Assembly (NCBI GenBank): GCA_020632415.1
Contig: JACKFO010000002.1
Span: 514,732-578,731 of the forward strand
Direction of reading: 5' to 3'
Origin: Candidatus Nomurabacteria bacterium
GTDB lineage: Bacteria; Patescibacteriota; Patescibacteriia; UBA1558; GWA2-36-10
Length of the DNA: 64,000 nucleotides
Positions within the stretch are counted from its first letter, which is position 1, and every line of letters starts with the position of its first letter. Below, one piece after another: positions 39,598 to 47,734 of the stretch. The notes under the pieces were generated by a model that saw nothing but the letters and a program-made list of their open reading frames with translations, searched no databases and was not told the DNA's origin. The translations under genes and the position numbers were made by a program.

Positions 39598-39891
39598 ATG
39601 CACAAAGCAGAACTTATCGAGGCAATCGCCGCCAAAGCTGGTGTCGGAAAAAAAGACACCGAAGCAGTGCTGGATGCCTTAGAAAATTTAATCATCGAGA
39701 GACTAAAAATCGGAAAAGAAGTCACCCTGACTGGCTTTGGTACTTTTTCTGCTCGCACGCGTAATGCTCGCATGGGAGTTAACCCTCAAAACCCGAGTGA
39801 AAAAATTGAAATCCCAACAGTAGTTGTGCCAAAGTTCAAGGCTGGAAAAACTTTAAAAGACTCCCTGAAAAAAACTTCTGAACAAAACTAA
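39598..39891 (+). CDS. hup: DNA-binding protein HU
   Basis: MHKAELIEAIA ... GFGTFSARTRNARMGVNPQN ... arm motif. Confidence 0.9.
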   Translation: MHKAELIEAIAAKAGVGKKDTEAVLDALENLIIERLKIGKEVTLTGFGTFSARTRNARMGVNPQNPSEKIEIPTVVVPKFKAGKTLKDSLKKTSEQN

Positions 39892-39902
39892 CCTAATTAA
39901 AA

Positions 39903-39938
39903 AAACAAGCCCTAGATTTAAAGGGCTTGTTTTTTTAA
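39903..39938. terminator. Bidirectional Rho-independent terminator
   Basis: CAAGCCCT-loop-AGGGCTTG stem flanked by A5 and T7. Confidence 0.75.
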
Positions 39939-40738
39939 TTCGGAGAAATTATCAGTCCTCTTTTTGGGCCGCTAGCGCGGAGCTCTTTTTGGTTCCAGTC
40001 AAAAATACTTGCCAAGAGATGGTCTGCTTGATAAATAAAATCTGCTCCGTATCTTGTTCCTGGGTCATTACTAATCAAATAATTATCTTGATAACCTTTG
40101 ATGACCAACATGTGATAATCTGGCCCATTCCCGGAAAAATAAGGATTAGCTAACAAATGGCCATCAGCCGGAACAATCAAAGGTTTGCCATCATTTAAAA
40201 TATTTTTTATTTTGGCTAAATCTAAGTCTTCAATAATTTCTACTCGATAAGCAAAATTAGCTTCAATATAATCTTTCAACTCTGTGATTGTCAAATTATG
40301 ATGATCGCCCCAATTAGAAATTTGCCAATCAACCATTTCTTTTAAAACATCTGAAACCACTGCGGGCAAAGGTAACTTTTTGTTTTGATAATAATAATCC
40401 AGCATCAGAAAACTTGCCTCTTCACAAGCATCTTGCCAGGGTTGTGACCAATCAGATAGTGGCGCCTGAGAAGTAAAAGGTACGGCTAAATTAATCTGCG
40501 GACTGATCAGCTTTTCTTCTTTTATTATTTCTTGCTCTGGTAAATTTTGTTCAAGCTCTACATTTTCCGACTGCTCTTCAAAAATTTGCGAATCCTCTAT
40601 TTCTGCTTGTGAAAAATCATTTATATTTTGCGCTGGTGGCAAATCCAAGCTGATCACAGCTGGCTTATTTTTTTGCCAAACCCACAAAAAAATTGCCACT
40701 AGTAAAATTGAAATAACCAAAAATTTCTTCTTTATCAT
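39935..40738 (-). CDS. Secreted or membrane-anchored papain-fold (C39-like) cysteine peptidase homolog
   Basis: N-terminal TM/signal segment; candidate Cys (QDACEEASF) and His (DYHMLVIKGY) with downstream Asn/Asp; product assignment is tentative. Confidence 0.35.
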   Translation of the reverse strand: MIKKKFLVISILLVAIFLWVWQKNKPAVISLDLPPAQNINDFSQAEIEDSQIFEEQSENVELEQNLPEQEIIKEEKLISPQINLAVPFTSQAPLSDWSQPWQDACEEASFLMLDYYYQNKKLPLPAVVSDVLKEMVDWQISNWGDHHNLTITELKDYIEANFAYRVEIIEDLDLAKIKNILNDGKPLIVPADGHLLANPYFSGNGPDYHMLVIKGYQDNYLISNDPGTRYGADFIYQADHLLASIFDWNQKELRASGPKRGLIISPN

Positions 40739-40866
40739 ATGCTAACATCTTAGCAATAAAAAATACTTTTTTCCAGTAGCTCCAAATAGACAAAATTGAC
40801 AGAAAAAAAACTTTGGCTTAAGCTTAAATCAAACTTTGTTCTCTGTCACTTGGCACAAGGAGGAAC

Positions 40867-41041
40867 CATGACGCCATTCATGCAAGATCCGAGGGTGTTC
40901 TGGAGACTAGTCGGACTAGTCCTCGTCACCATCGCTTTCATCGCTATCGTCGCCTCTCCGTCGATCCGAAACGAGATCCTCGACTTCCCGTCAACCCAGA
41001 ACGAGATTCTCAACTCCCTACCCTCAGTTCTGACTCTCTGA
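40867..41041 (+). CDS. Small GC-rich membrane protein (57 aa) containing an internal 10-aa tandem repeat
   Basis: Perfect SD AAGGAGG 6 nt upstream of ATG 40867; single TM helix; repeat SIRNEILDFP/STQNEILNSLP; followed by a terminator; GC content well above the genome. Confidence 0.45.
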
Positions 41042-41069
41042 CCACCAACTGAGGCGACCAACCATGCAA

Positions 41070-41106
41070 TCGCGCTTTTGAGCCGTACCTCATCCCAGGG
41101 GTACGG
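41070..41106 (+). terminator. Rho-independent terminator
   Basis: CCGTACC-loop-GGTACGG stem followed by TTTTATTTTTTT. Confidence 0.7.
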
Positions 41107-41627
41107 TTTTATTTTTTTATAAAAATTTAAACAAAAAGAAAAGAGCCCGAACTTAGAAAGTTGGCTCCCGAAACTGTATTTTTTGATCTTACAAACCGAA
41201 GTTCGTGAGATCAAGTGAGTTGAGATCAATGCTTGATGCTCCACTCTGAAAAGAACTGATCAATTCACTTATGATGGTTAATATTTTTGTCAAAATATCT
41301 ACCGTCAAAGTAAAAATCTCTGGAGCGAACACTTTGAGTACTACGAGTAAAATGGCTAGTGCAAATAATCTGGACATATGATTACAAATTAAATCCCTAA
41401 GCCTGTAGCTAACACTGAAAATGACCGACATCATTTCCAAGGTCTCATAAGTACCCAAGTGTTCTCTGCAGGACTGTAAACTGGAATTTCCAGCTCACGA
41501 TCCTGCAGAGAAATACTCCAAATTGTAAGGTGCTCTTAATTTATCTATAACAAAAATAATAAAAACTGTCAATAATAAAAGCGCCGACTCCTCAAAGAAC
41601 CAGCGCTTCAAAATCCAAAGTTAACAG

Positions 41628-41822
41628 TCAATCAGGCTGCTGGCTTTGGACTTCAGTGGAAGAATCTAAGTCTTCCAAATCAAGAGGATAGCTCGCAGTG
41701 AACGTGTGCTCACCATCATACAAGACTAGAATTTCTTTTGGGCTACAAATGCCAAACTCATCTGGCACTATTTTGCCGTTTTTTCCAGTCAGCTTGTTGT
41801 GGACGCGTCTTTCCTGCTTCAT
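41628..41822 (-). CDS. Hypothetical small protein (64 aa)
   Basis: GGAGAG SD-like sequence upstream; weak hairpin downstream; no similarity recognised. Confidence 0.3.
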   Translation of the reverse strand: MKQERRVHNKLTGKNGKIVPDEFGICSPKEILVLYDGEHTFTASYPLDLEDLDSSTEVQSQQPD

Positions 41823-41897
41823 GGATTTTTCTCTCCTCTGCTAAAAGTGAATGAGCCGATAGCATAGAATAAAATATTTTAATCACTTTGTCAATTG

Positions 41898-43415
41898 CTA
41901 ACTCAAAATCCTTGCTCGATAACGTAAAGCTTCTAACAGATCACTTTCTACTATTTGTTCTCGTCCTGCTAGATCAGCAATGGTTCTGGCAACTTTCAAA
42001 ACTTTGAAATAAGCTCGTGCTGATAACTGTAATCTTTCACTGGCCGCTGATAAAAGCTCTTGCAAATCCCGATCCAGTGGACAAAGTCTTTTGACTTCTG
42101 TTGATGTCATTTGTCCGTTGAGCGAGCTTTTGCCTAAACGCTTTTGTTGTTTGCTTTGTGCTTTTTTAACTCGTTGACGAATCGTTTCTGAATTCTCTGG
42201 CTGACTTTGTCTTAAAATCAAATCTTCAGTTTTGACTTTGTTGACTTGCAGATGCAAATCAATCCGATCCAGTAAGGGTCCGGAAATTCTTTTTTGATAA
42301 CGCTGAATTTCCAAAGGAGAACATTTACATTTTTTATCTTGGTCAAGCAAATAGCCACAAGGACAAGGATTAGCGGTCGCGAGTAAAATAAACTTTGCCG
42401 GATAATTAACGCTGGCTTTTGCTCGAGAAACAGTCACCACTTGATCCTCTAAAGGCTGACGCAAAGCCTCCAAAACTGTTTTGGGAAATTCCAAAATTTC
42501 ATCTAAAAACAAAACATTATGGTGAGCCAAACTTATTTCACCAGGTTTAGGCCAAGAACCACCGCCGACCATAGCCGCCACTGAAGCCGAATGATGCGGC
42601 GCACGCATCAGACGACGATTAATCAAAGGCTCATCTTCTGATAATAAACCCGCTAAACTATAAATCTTGGAAGTTGTCAGGACCGCGTCCAAATCAGGCT
42701 CCGGCAAGATAGATAAAAAAGCTTTAGCAAGCATTGTCTTTCCTGCTCCTGGCGAACCAATCAACAAAACATTGTGATGACCAGCAGCAGCAATCTCTAG
42801 CATTCTCTTGGCCTGACTCTGACCTTTGACTTCCGCAAAATCAAAATCTGAACTAGCGCTCTGAAATTCTAATTTTTTAGTTTCCAAAGCTGGCAATAAA
42901 TTTCGACCAGACAAATGATGAATTAAGTCTAGCAAATTTTTAACTGGAATAATTTTTATTCCCGACAAAATCTCTAACTCCCGAGCATTTGCTTGTGGTA
43001 CATAAACCTCTTGAAAACCAAAATCTTTTAAAGCAGAAACTAAAACCAAAATTCCTGGAACAGACTTTATCTCGCCTTTCAAAGACAGCTCACCAATAAA
43101 AGCCTGGCGTAAGTCAGCCAAAATAACTTGCTTGCTAGCAGCCAAAATACTGATTGCAATCGCCAGATCATAAGCACCACCTTCTTTACGAATTTGCGCT
43201 GGCGCTAAATTGACCACCACTTTTTGACGCGGATAAGTAAGACCACTATTTTCTATGGCCGCCCAAACTCTTTCTCGTGCCTCCTGCACAGCAGCGTCGG
43301 GCAAGCCGACTAAAATAGTTTTTGGTAAATGCCGAGATAAATTTGCTTCCACCTCGACCACTACTCCATGCAAACCCCAAGGAGCAATACTGTAAACTTT
43401 TTGCATTTTAGACAT
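41898..43415 (-). CDS. comM: YifB/ComM-family Mg-chelatase-like AAA+ ATPase
   Basis: N-terminal Lon-like domain, Walker A GSPGAGKT, Walker B LFLDEI, C-terminal Mg_chelatase domain. Confidence 0.85.
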   Translation of the reverse strand: MSKMQKVYSIAPWGLHGVVVEVEANLSRHLPKTILVGLPDAAVQEARERVWAAIENSGLTYPRQKVVVNLAPAQIRKEGGAYDLAIAISILAASKQVILADLRQAFIGELSLKGEIKSVPGILVLVSALKDFGFQEVYVPQANARELEILSGIKIIPVKNLLDLIHHLSGRNLLPALETKKLEFQSASSDFDFAEVKGQSQAKRMLEIAAAGHHNVLLIGSPGAGKTMLAKAFLSILPEPDLDAVLTTSKIYSLAGLLSEDEPLINRRLMRAPHHSASVAAMVGGGSWPKPGEISLAHHNVLFLDEILEFPKTVLEALRQPLEDQVVTVSRAKASVNYPAKFILLATANPCPCGYLLDQDKKCKCSPLEIQRYQKRISGPLLDRIDLHLQVNKVKTEDLILRQSQPENSETIRQRVKKAQSKQQKRLGKSSLNGQMTSTEVKRLCPLDRDLQELLSAASERLQLSARAYFKVLKVARTIADLAGREQIVESDLLEALRYRARILS

Positions 43416-43551
43416 AAAAAAATCGCTTAATCTTCAAAATCAGAAAAGCGATCAATAAAACAAATTCTTTACGCCTCGCCGGCGGGGCTAAACGCAAAAT
43501 AAAAATCACTTTTCTTCTTCAAATCTATCTTATGATTTTTAAAAAAATTTG

Positions 43552-44439
43552 TCAATCCAACGGACTTTTTAAATTCTGCCAAAAATCCCGCGCCACGGCA
43601 GTATAAATTTCCGTAGTTTTGATACTCTGATGTCCAAGTAGCTTTTGGATATAACGAATGCTCACGCCACTTTCCAAAAGATGTGTGGCAAAACTATGTC
43701 GCAAACTATGGCAAGAAACATCAGTCTTGATCCCAACTTTTTGACAAGCATGTTCAAATATTTTCTGCGCTGTTCTGATCTGCAAATGTCCTCTGCTTTC
43801 TGTGCTGCTAAATAAATATTTTTGCTCTGCTGGCAAATCAGCTAAATATTTTTCTGCCAAATCTATACTTTTTTGACTAAGCAAAGTATAACGATCTTTG
43901 TTACCTTTAGCACCACGAACAAAAATATATTTATTTTCTAAATCTAAATCCGAAATTTTTAAAACTACCACTTCAGAAACTCGCAAACCAGAGCCATATA
44001 GTAAGCTTAAGATTAACTGATGTTTAAGATTTGCGGCGGCTGCTAAAATACTTTTAACTTGCTCTTTAGACAATACTTGCGGTAAATGCTTTTCGCGCTT
44101 CGGCCGAACCACATTAAAAAACAGCCGCCGTTTTAAAACTTGGCTGTAGTAAAATTTCAAAGCTGAGATCACACTGTTGAGAGAAGTGTTAGTATAATTT
44201 TGACCTTTTAAAACCAAAAGGTAATTTTTGATATCTTGCTGATCAACTTCGCGGGCAGATTTTTGCACAAAATCCAAAAATCTTTGATTATGACTAAGGT
44301 AAGACTTGATTGTCCGTCGACTAAACCCACGGATAATTAACTCTTGTGCCAGACTAGCTAAAGGATGTGATTTGGAAACTAACTGATTGTTTGTTGATAA
44401 TTTTTGGGGCTCTTCAGACCTTTCAAAATCGCTTTTCAT
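43552..44439 (-). CDS. Tyrosine site-specific recombinase (Xer-like length, IntI-like C-terminal motif)
   Basis: Catalytic R...K...HxxR...Y set: LLYGSGLRVSE, HSLRHSFATHLL, LLGHQSIKTTEIYTAV; C-terminus ends KSPLD as in integron integrases, but the IntI-specific additional domain between patches II and III is absent. Confidence 0.8.
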   Translation of the reverse strand: MKSDFERSEEPQKLSTNNQLVSKSHPLASLAQELIIRGFSRRTIKSYLSHNQRFLDFVQKSAREVDQQDIKNYLLVLKGQNYTNTSLNSVISALKFYYSQVLKRRLFFNVVRPKREKHLPQVLSKEQVKSILAAAANLKHQLILSLLYGSGLRVSEVVVLKISDLDLENKYIFVRGAKGNKDRYTLLSQKSIDLAEKYLADLPAEQKYLFSSTESRGHLQIRTAQKIFEHACQKVGIKTDVSCHSLRHSFATHLLESGVSIRYIQKLLGHQSIKTTEIYTAVARDFWQNLKSPLD

Positions 44440-44600
44440 AAGGCTTTGTGATTAATGTTTAAGTATTTACATCTTGGCTAAAAATAGCTAAACTGTCAAT
44501 ATATACGTAAATACCTTGTTAGGTGAAATTTTACGAAACAAAACAAATAAATATTTTAGATTACAAGTCCCTTTTAAAAAAGAGAAATAGAAATTAAGCT

Positions 44601-45587
44601 TTACTGTTCTTGTAAAGCTATTTTGTTTAGAATAGTGTTTTCTAGGTTGTAATTATTACCATGTTGTAATAAGCCTAAATAAGAAGGCAGATTTTTGTTA
44701 TTAACTTTTTTAAGCATTCTTTGTTTTGTTTTAGTTCTTAATACTCTATAATTTGGAAAATTAACATAACCTAAATAATCTACACCACTGGCTAAAGTGG
44801 TTAAAGATACTTTCTTTGGATGTAAGCTAAGTTGAAGTTTTTTGCCAAGAAAATTTTTAATTTGAGGAAGAAGTTTAAGTAAATCTTCCTTGCTTTGGGA
44901 AAGAAAAACAAAATCATCTGCGTAACGAATATAATACTTTTGTTTAAGTTTGTGCTTAACATATTGATCAAATTCATTCATGTAGATATTAATAAAGAGT
45001 TGAGAAGTGAGATTACCCAAAGGAAGTCCTTTGTTTGAAGAGGTTTCAAAGCTATCTATGACTTTACTTAAAAGCCAAAGAATGTTTTGATCTTTAATAT
45101 ATTGAGAAAGAATGTCTTTTAAAATGTTGTGGTCAATATTGGCAAAAAACTTCTGAATGTCACATTTGAGTACATAACAAGTTTTAGTGTTATTTTGACT
45201 TACTTTTAAAGAATAGCTTTTGAATTTATTAATTGCTTTATGTGTTCCTTTATTGTTTCTACAAGAATAGGAGTCTTGAGTGAAAGTATGATCAAAAAAA
45301 GGATATAGTTGTCTATATATTGCATGGTGCAATAATCTATCTTTAACTTGAGCTTTGTGAATGTTTCTGGGCTTAGGATCAGAGATATTAAATGCCTCAT
45401 ATCCTGAATGTTGGTAAGTAAAATTGGCAAGTGAGGTGTGAAGCTGTATAATGTTATCTATTAAGTGTAAAGAAAATAATAAGACATCTGCTTTATGTTT
45501 TTTACCTTGAATAAATTCAGTGTAAGCTGAAAGTAAGTTATCTAAAGAAATAATATCTTTATAAGTATGAATGAATTGCCTTTTCAT
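44601..45587 (-). CDS. Diversity-generating retroelement reverse transcriptase
   Basis: RT motifs including YIRYADDFVFL (YxDD) and LGNLTSQLFINIY, i.e. the DGR-specific (I/L)GxxxSQ in place of QGxxxSP; about 330 aa without an X/maturase domain. The ORF track extends to 45647, but the start is probably the Met of MKRQFIHTYKDIISLDNLL. Confidence 0.85.
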   Translation of the reverse strand: MKRQFIHTYKDIISLDNLLSAYTEFIQGKKHKADVLLFSLHLIDNIIQLHTSLANFTYQHSGYEAFNISDPKPRNIHKAQVKDRLLHHAIYRQLYPFFDHTFTQDSYSCRNNKGTHKAINKFKSYSLKVSQNNTKTCYVLKCDIQKFFANIDHNILKDILSQYIKDQNILWLLSKVIDSFETSSNKGLPLGNLTSQLFINIYMNEFDQYVKHKLKQKYYIRYADDFVFLSQSKEDLLKLLPQIKNFLGKKLQLSLHPKKVSLTTLASGVDYLGYVNFPNYRVLRTKTKQRMLKKVNNKNLPSYLGLLQHGNNYNLENTILNKIALQEQ

Positions 45588-45709
45588 AATGATATGCAAA
45601 AATCTGCCTTTAGGCCTGCCCCCCCAGAGGGATATACGACCTACCAATTTTAGATAAAGCCACTGCGGCTTACAAAATATGGCATAAGTATTTAATAGAT
45701 TTTCCGCGC

Positions 45710-45985
45710 TTGGATAGATATACTTTGGGCGAGAAAATAGATTTGCTTTTTTGTGATGTCATTGAATTATTATTAGAAGCAGTTCAAAGCCAAAAAGAGC
45801 TAAAATTAAAAATAGTGGATAAGGCCTGCGTCCGGCTGGATATGTTAAAATATTTTTTGCAAATTGCTTGGAATTTAAAAACAATGGATAATAAAAAATA
45901 TCTAATAATTTCCAATGCTTTAAATGAAGTGGGCAAAATGCTGGGCGGCTGGAAAAAACAGGTGCAAAATATTACTCTGAAATAA
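45710..45985 (+). CDS. avd: DGR accessory variability determinant (Avd, four-helix-bundle protein); the N-terminus probably extends upstream to about 45640 with a non-ATG start
   Basis: C-terminal ...LNEVGKMLGGWKK resembles the BPP-1 bAvd EVGRILGSWI region; the in-frame upstream extension (LDKATAAYKIW...) also aligns with the Avd N-terminus; opposite strand to the RT and target gene. Confidence 0.65.
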   Translation: MDRYTLGEKIDLLFCDVIELLLEAVQSQKELKLKIVDKACVRLDMLKYFLQIAWNLKTMDNKKYLIISNALNEVGKMLGGWKKQVQNITLK

Positions 45986-45996
45986 AAAAGAAACTG

Positions 45997-46126
45997 GCGA
46001 ACAGCCGCGAAGCGACAGTTGTCGATCCAGTCATTGTCGATCCAGTTGAGATTGAGCTTGCGCTTGCTGTCATTACTGTTGAGGTAGCCGACGTTACGGT
46101 TGCCATTCAGGTTCTGCCAGACGGAA
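45997..46126 (-). repeat. DGR template repeat (TR), 130 bp
   Basis: 130/130 alignable to the VR, with 23 mismatches, all at TR adenines on the minus (coding-sense) strand; TR in the target frame is rich in AAC/AAT codons. Confidence 0.9.
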
Positions 46127-46384
46127 AAGCCGTTTTGTACAAAATATCTTCTTTAGCACCACCTCTTGAATACTCTTGAGGTTGTATTTTATTTGAGATC
46201 TTTAAATCTACCAATATCTTGCACCAAGTTTCTTTTTTGTGAGAATTTTAAGGTAAGTACTCTAGAATAAAATAATTTATCCTACTCTATTCTCGCTTCT
46301 CCTTAAATTCAGAGTTCAACCGTTTCAAACCTTAGCCTGAAACTGTCTCGTTTACTATCCAAAAAATATTTTAACAAATTTTAA

Positions 46385-46440
46385 AGAAAAAGAAAAACTC
46401 CGTCTCTCACCTTCTTAGGGGATATTGAGACGGAGTGGGT
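46385..46440 (-). terminator. Hairpin plus T-tract downstream of the DGR target gene (terminator and possibly the DGR-associated stem-loop)
   Basis: CTCCGTCTC-loop-GAGACGGAG 9-bp stem; T-rich tract on the minus strand. Confidence 0.6.
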
Positions 46441-46506
46441 TGTTGACGCTGGCCAAGTGTCCAAGGGACAATCAAGTCCCGAGTGCACAAGTGACCAAGA
46501 TCAGGT

Positions 46507-47094
46507 TTACTTGCGAACAGCCGCGAAGCGACAGTAGCCGAGCCAGCCACTGCCGACCCAGCTGAGAAAGAGCCCGCGCCCGCTGACAAGACCGTTGAGG
46601 TAGCCGACGTAACGGTGGCCACTCAGGCTCTGCCAGACGGAACCCAGAGCGACGATCGGAAACTGACGCTGCAGCTCGGGGTATTCGATACCGAGAGCGA
46701 GCAGCTCCGACATCGTCGCCGGACGTAGGCCTTCCGCATCCAGAGCCTTGAGCACAGCATCCGTGCTCATGGACTTGTCGAAGTGCTTGAAGATGATCTC
46801 ACACTGATGCCGCTCGTCAGCCTGGAAGTTCCGATCATTGATATCGGAGTTGCTCCAATCGTAGTTTCCAAACCTCACGTTCTCGCTGATGTCACCAGTG
46901 ACGCTGATCTGGTAGATCTTGGCATTGTTGCCGACGATCAGGTTGGCCAGTTCCTTGCGAAGCGTGCGGTTGCTGATGATCTGACGCAGGTTGTCGTCGT
47001 TACCGCCCAACGAATTGACTTCGTCGGACAAGGCCTTGACGATTTCGAAACCGGTGCCGAGACCACTGACGAACTCACTCTTCTGGCGTGCCAT
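46507..47094 (-). CDS. DGR target protein with C-terminal variable region (likely CLec-fold ligand-binding domain)
   Basis: SD AAGGAG before the ATG (MARQKSEF...); the C-terminal 43 aa are encoded by the VR; GC content about 55% against a genome value of about 33%. Confidence 0.8.
   Translation of the reverse strand: MARQKSEFVSGLGTGFEIVKALSDEVNSLGGNDDNLRQIISNRTLRKELANLIVGNNAKIYQISVTGDISENVRFGNYDWSNSDINDRNFQADERHQCEIIFKHFDKSMSTDAVLKALDAEGLRPATMSELLALGIEYPELQRQFPIVALGSVWQSLSGHRYVGYLNGLVSGRGLFLSWVGSGWLGYCRFAAVRK
46512..46641 (-). repeat. DGR variable repeat (VR)
   Basis: See TR; the identical 3' segment (IMH-like GC-rich segment CTGTCGCTTCGCGGCTGTTCGC) is shared by TR and VR. Confidence 0.9.
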
Positions 47095-47433
47095 GATAGG
47101 CTCCTTCACAATTTAGCTCACCTCTTATCTTTGCCTCTTGCAAAGACACAAGGCCTGCTTGTTTAGAAACGGCTATTTCCATATAGCCGCAGCGGCCAAG
47201 TTAGAATGTTTTAATTCTAGCTTAAACGCTGAGGCTATATTTGCAAGTAAAATATCAATGAACTTAATAATAAATAAGTATATCATATATTAGCTATTCT
47301 GTCAAGCATTATAACAAAAACTGCCATATTTAGGCTAAAATTAGCTAAAATACTTATTTCTACCAAACATTCTTCTCTATTTCTCTTTTTTAAGGGACTT
47401 GTTTATTATATAGGTAATTTGTTTCGTAAAACT

Positions 47434-47637
47434 GTCACCCAACACCCGGTATGCGGTTCGCGAGAGACTACTAGAAAAATATACTTATTGCAAATAAGTA
47501 TATTTTCATTTAAAGTTAATAAGGTATATTTTTCTTCAGTCCTCGCTCTCGTAAATCCCTCGACTCCAACGCATGATTATAAGATTATATCATGCAGGAG
47601 TCTCGGGACTTCGCATACCGTGGACAGTTAGCTGAAA
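47434..47637 (+). repeat. Integron attC-like imperfect palindrome (long form, no ORF inside); first element of the cassette array
   Basis: Left arm CACCCAACACCCGGTATGCGGTTCGCGAGAG is complementary to right arm CTCGGGACTTCGCATACCGTGGACAGTTAGCTG; the terminal boxes ACCCAAC / GTTAGCT fit RYYYAAC / GTTRRRY. Confidence 0.6.
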
Positions 47638-47734
47638 TATTCCTTTTCTTTTAATGAATAAATAAGCTATTATTAAAAAACATTTTCAAATTTCTTTTTC
47701 TTTATTATAAAGGGGAACCTGCCTGTCGGCAGGA

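Noticed and set aside
41189-41458. ORF 41189-41458 (minus, 89 aa) in the non-coding island segment
   Set aside because: No RBS, a low-complexity hydrophobic translation, and it overlaps palindromic sequence; considered unlikely to be coding.
43552-44439. Considered calling the recombinase a canonical integron integrase IntI
   Set aside because: The spacing between the KDR box and the HSLRH box is Xer-like (about 60 aa) and lacks the approximately 35-aa IntI additional domain. Kept as a Xer-like tyrosine recombinase with an IntI-like C-terminal motif.
45679-45681. The ATG at 45679 as the avd start
   Set aside because: It is out of frame with the Avd-like ORF. The in-frame upstream extension has no ATG, so a non-canonical start (TTG at 45710, or ATT/ATA further upstream) is more likely.
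46407-47166. ORFs 46407-46622 (minus) and 46783-47166 (plus) overlapping the DGR target gene
   Set aside because: They are alternative-frame or antisense ORFs, open only because this segment is GC-rich. The target frame is supported by an SD, the VR codon structure and a terminator.
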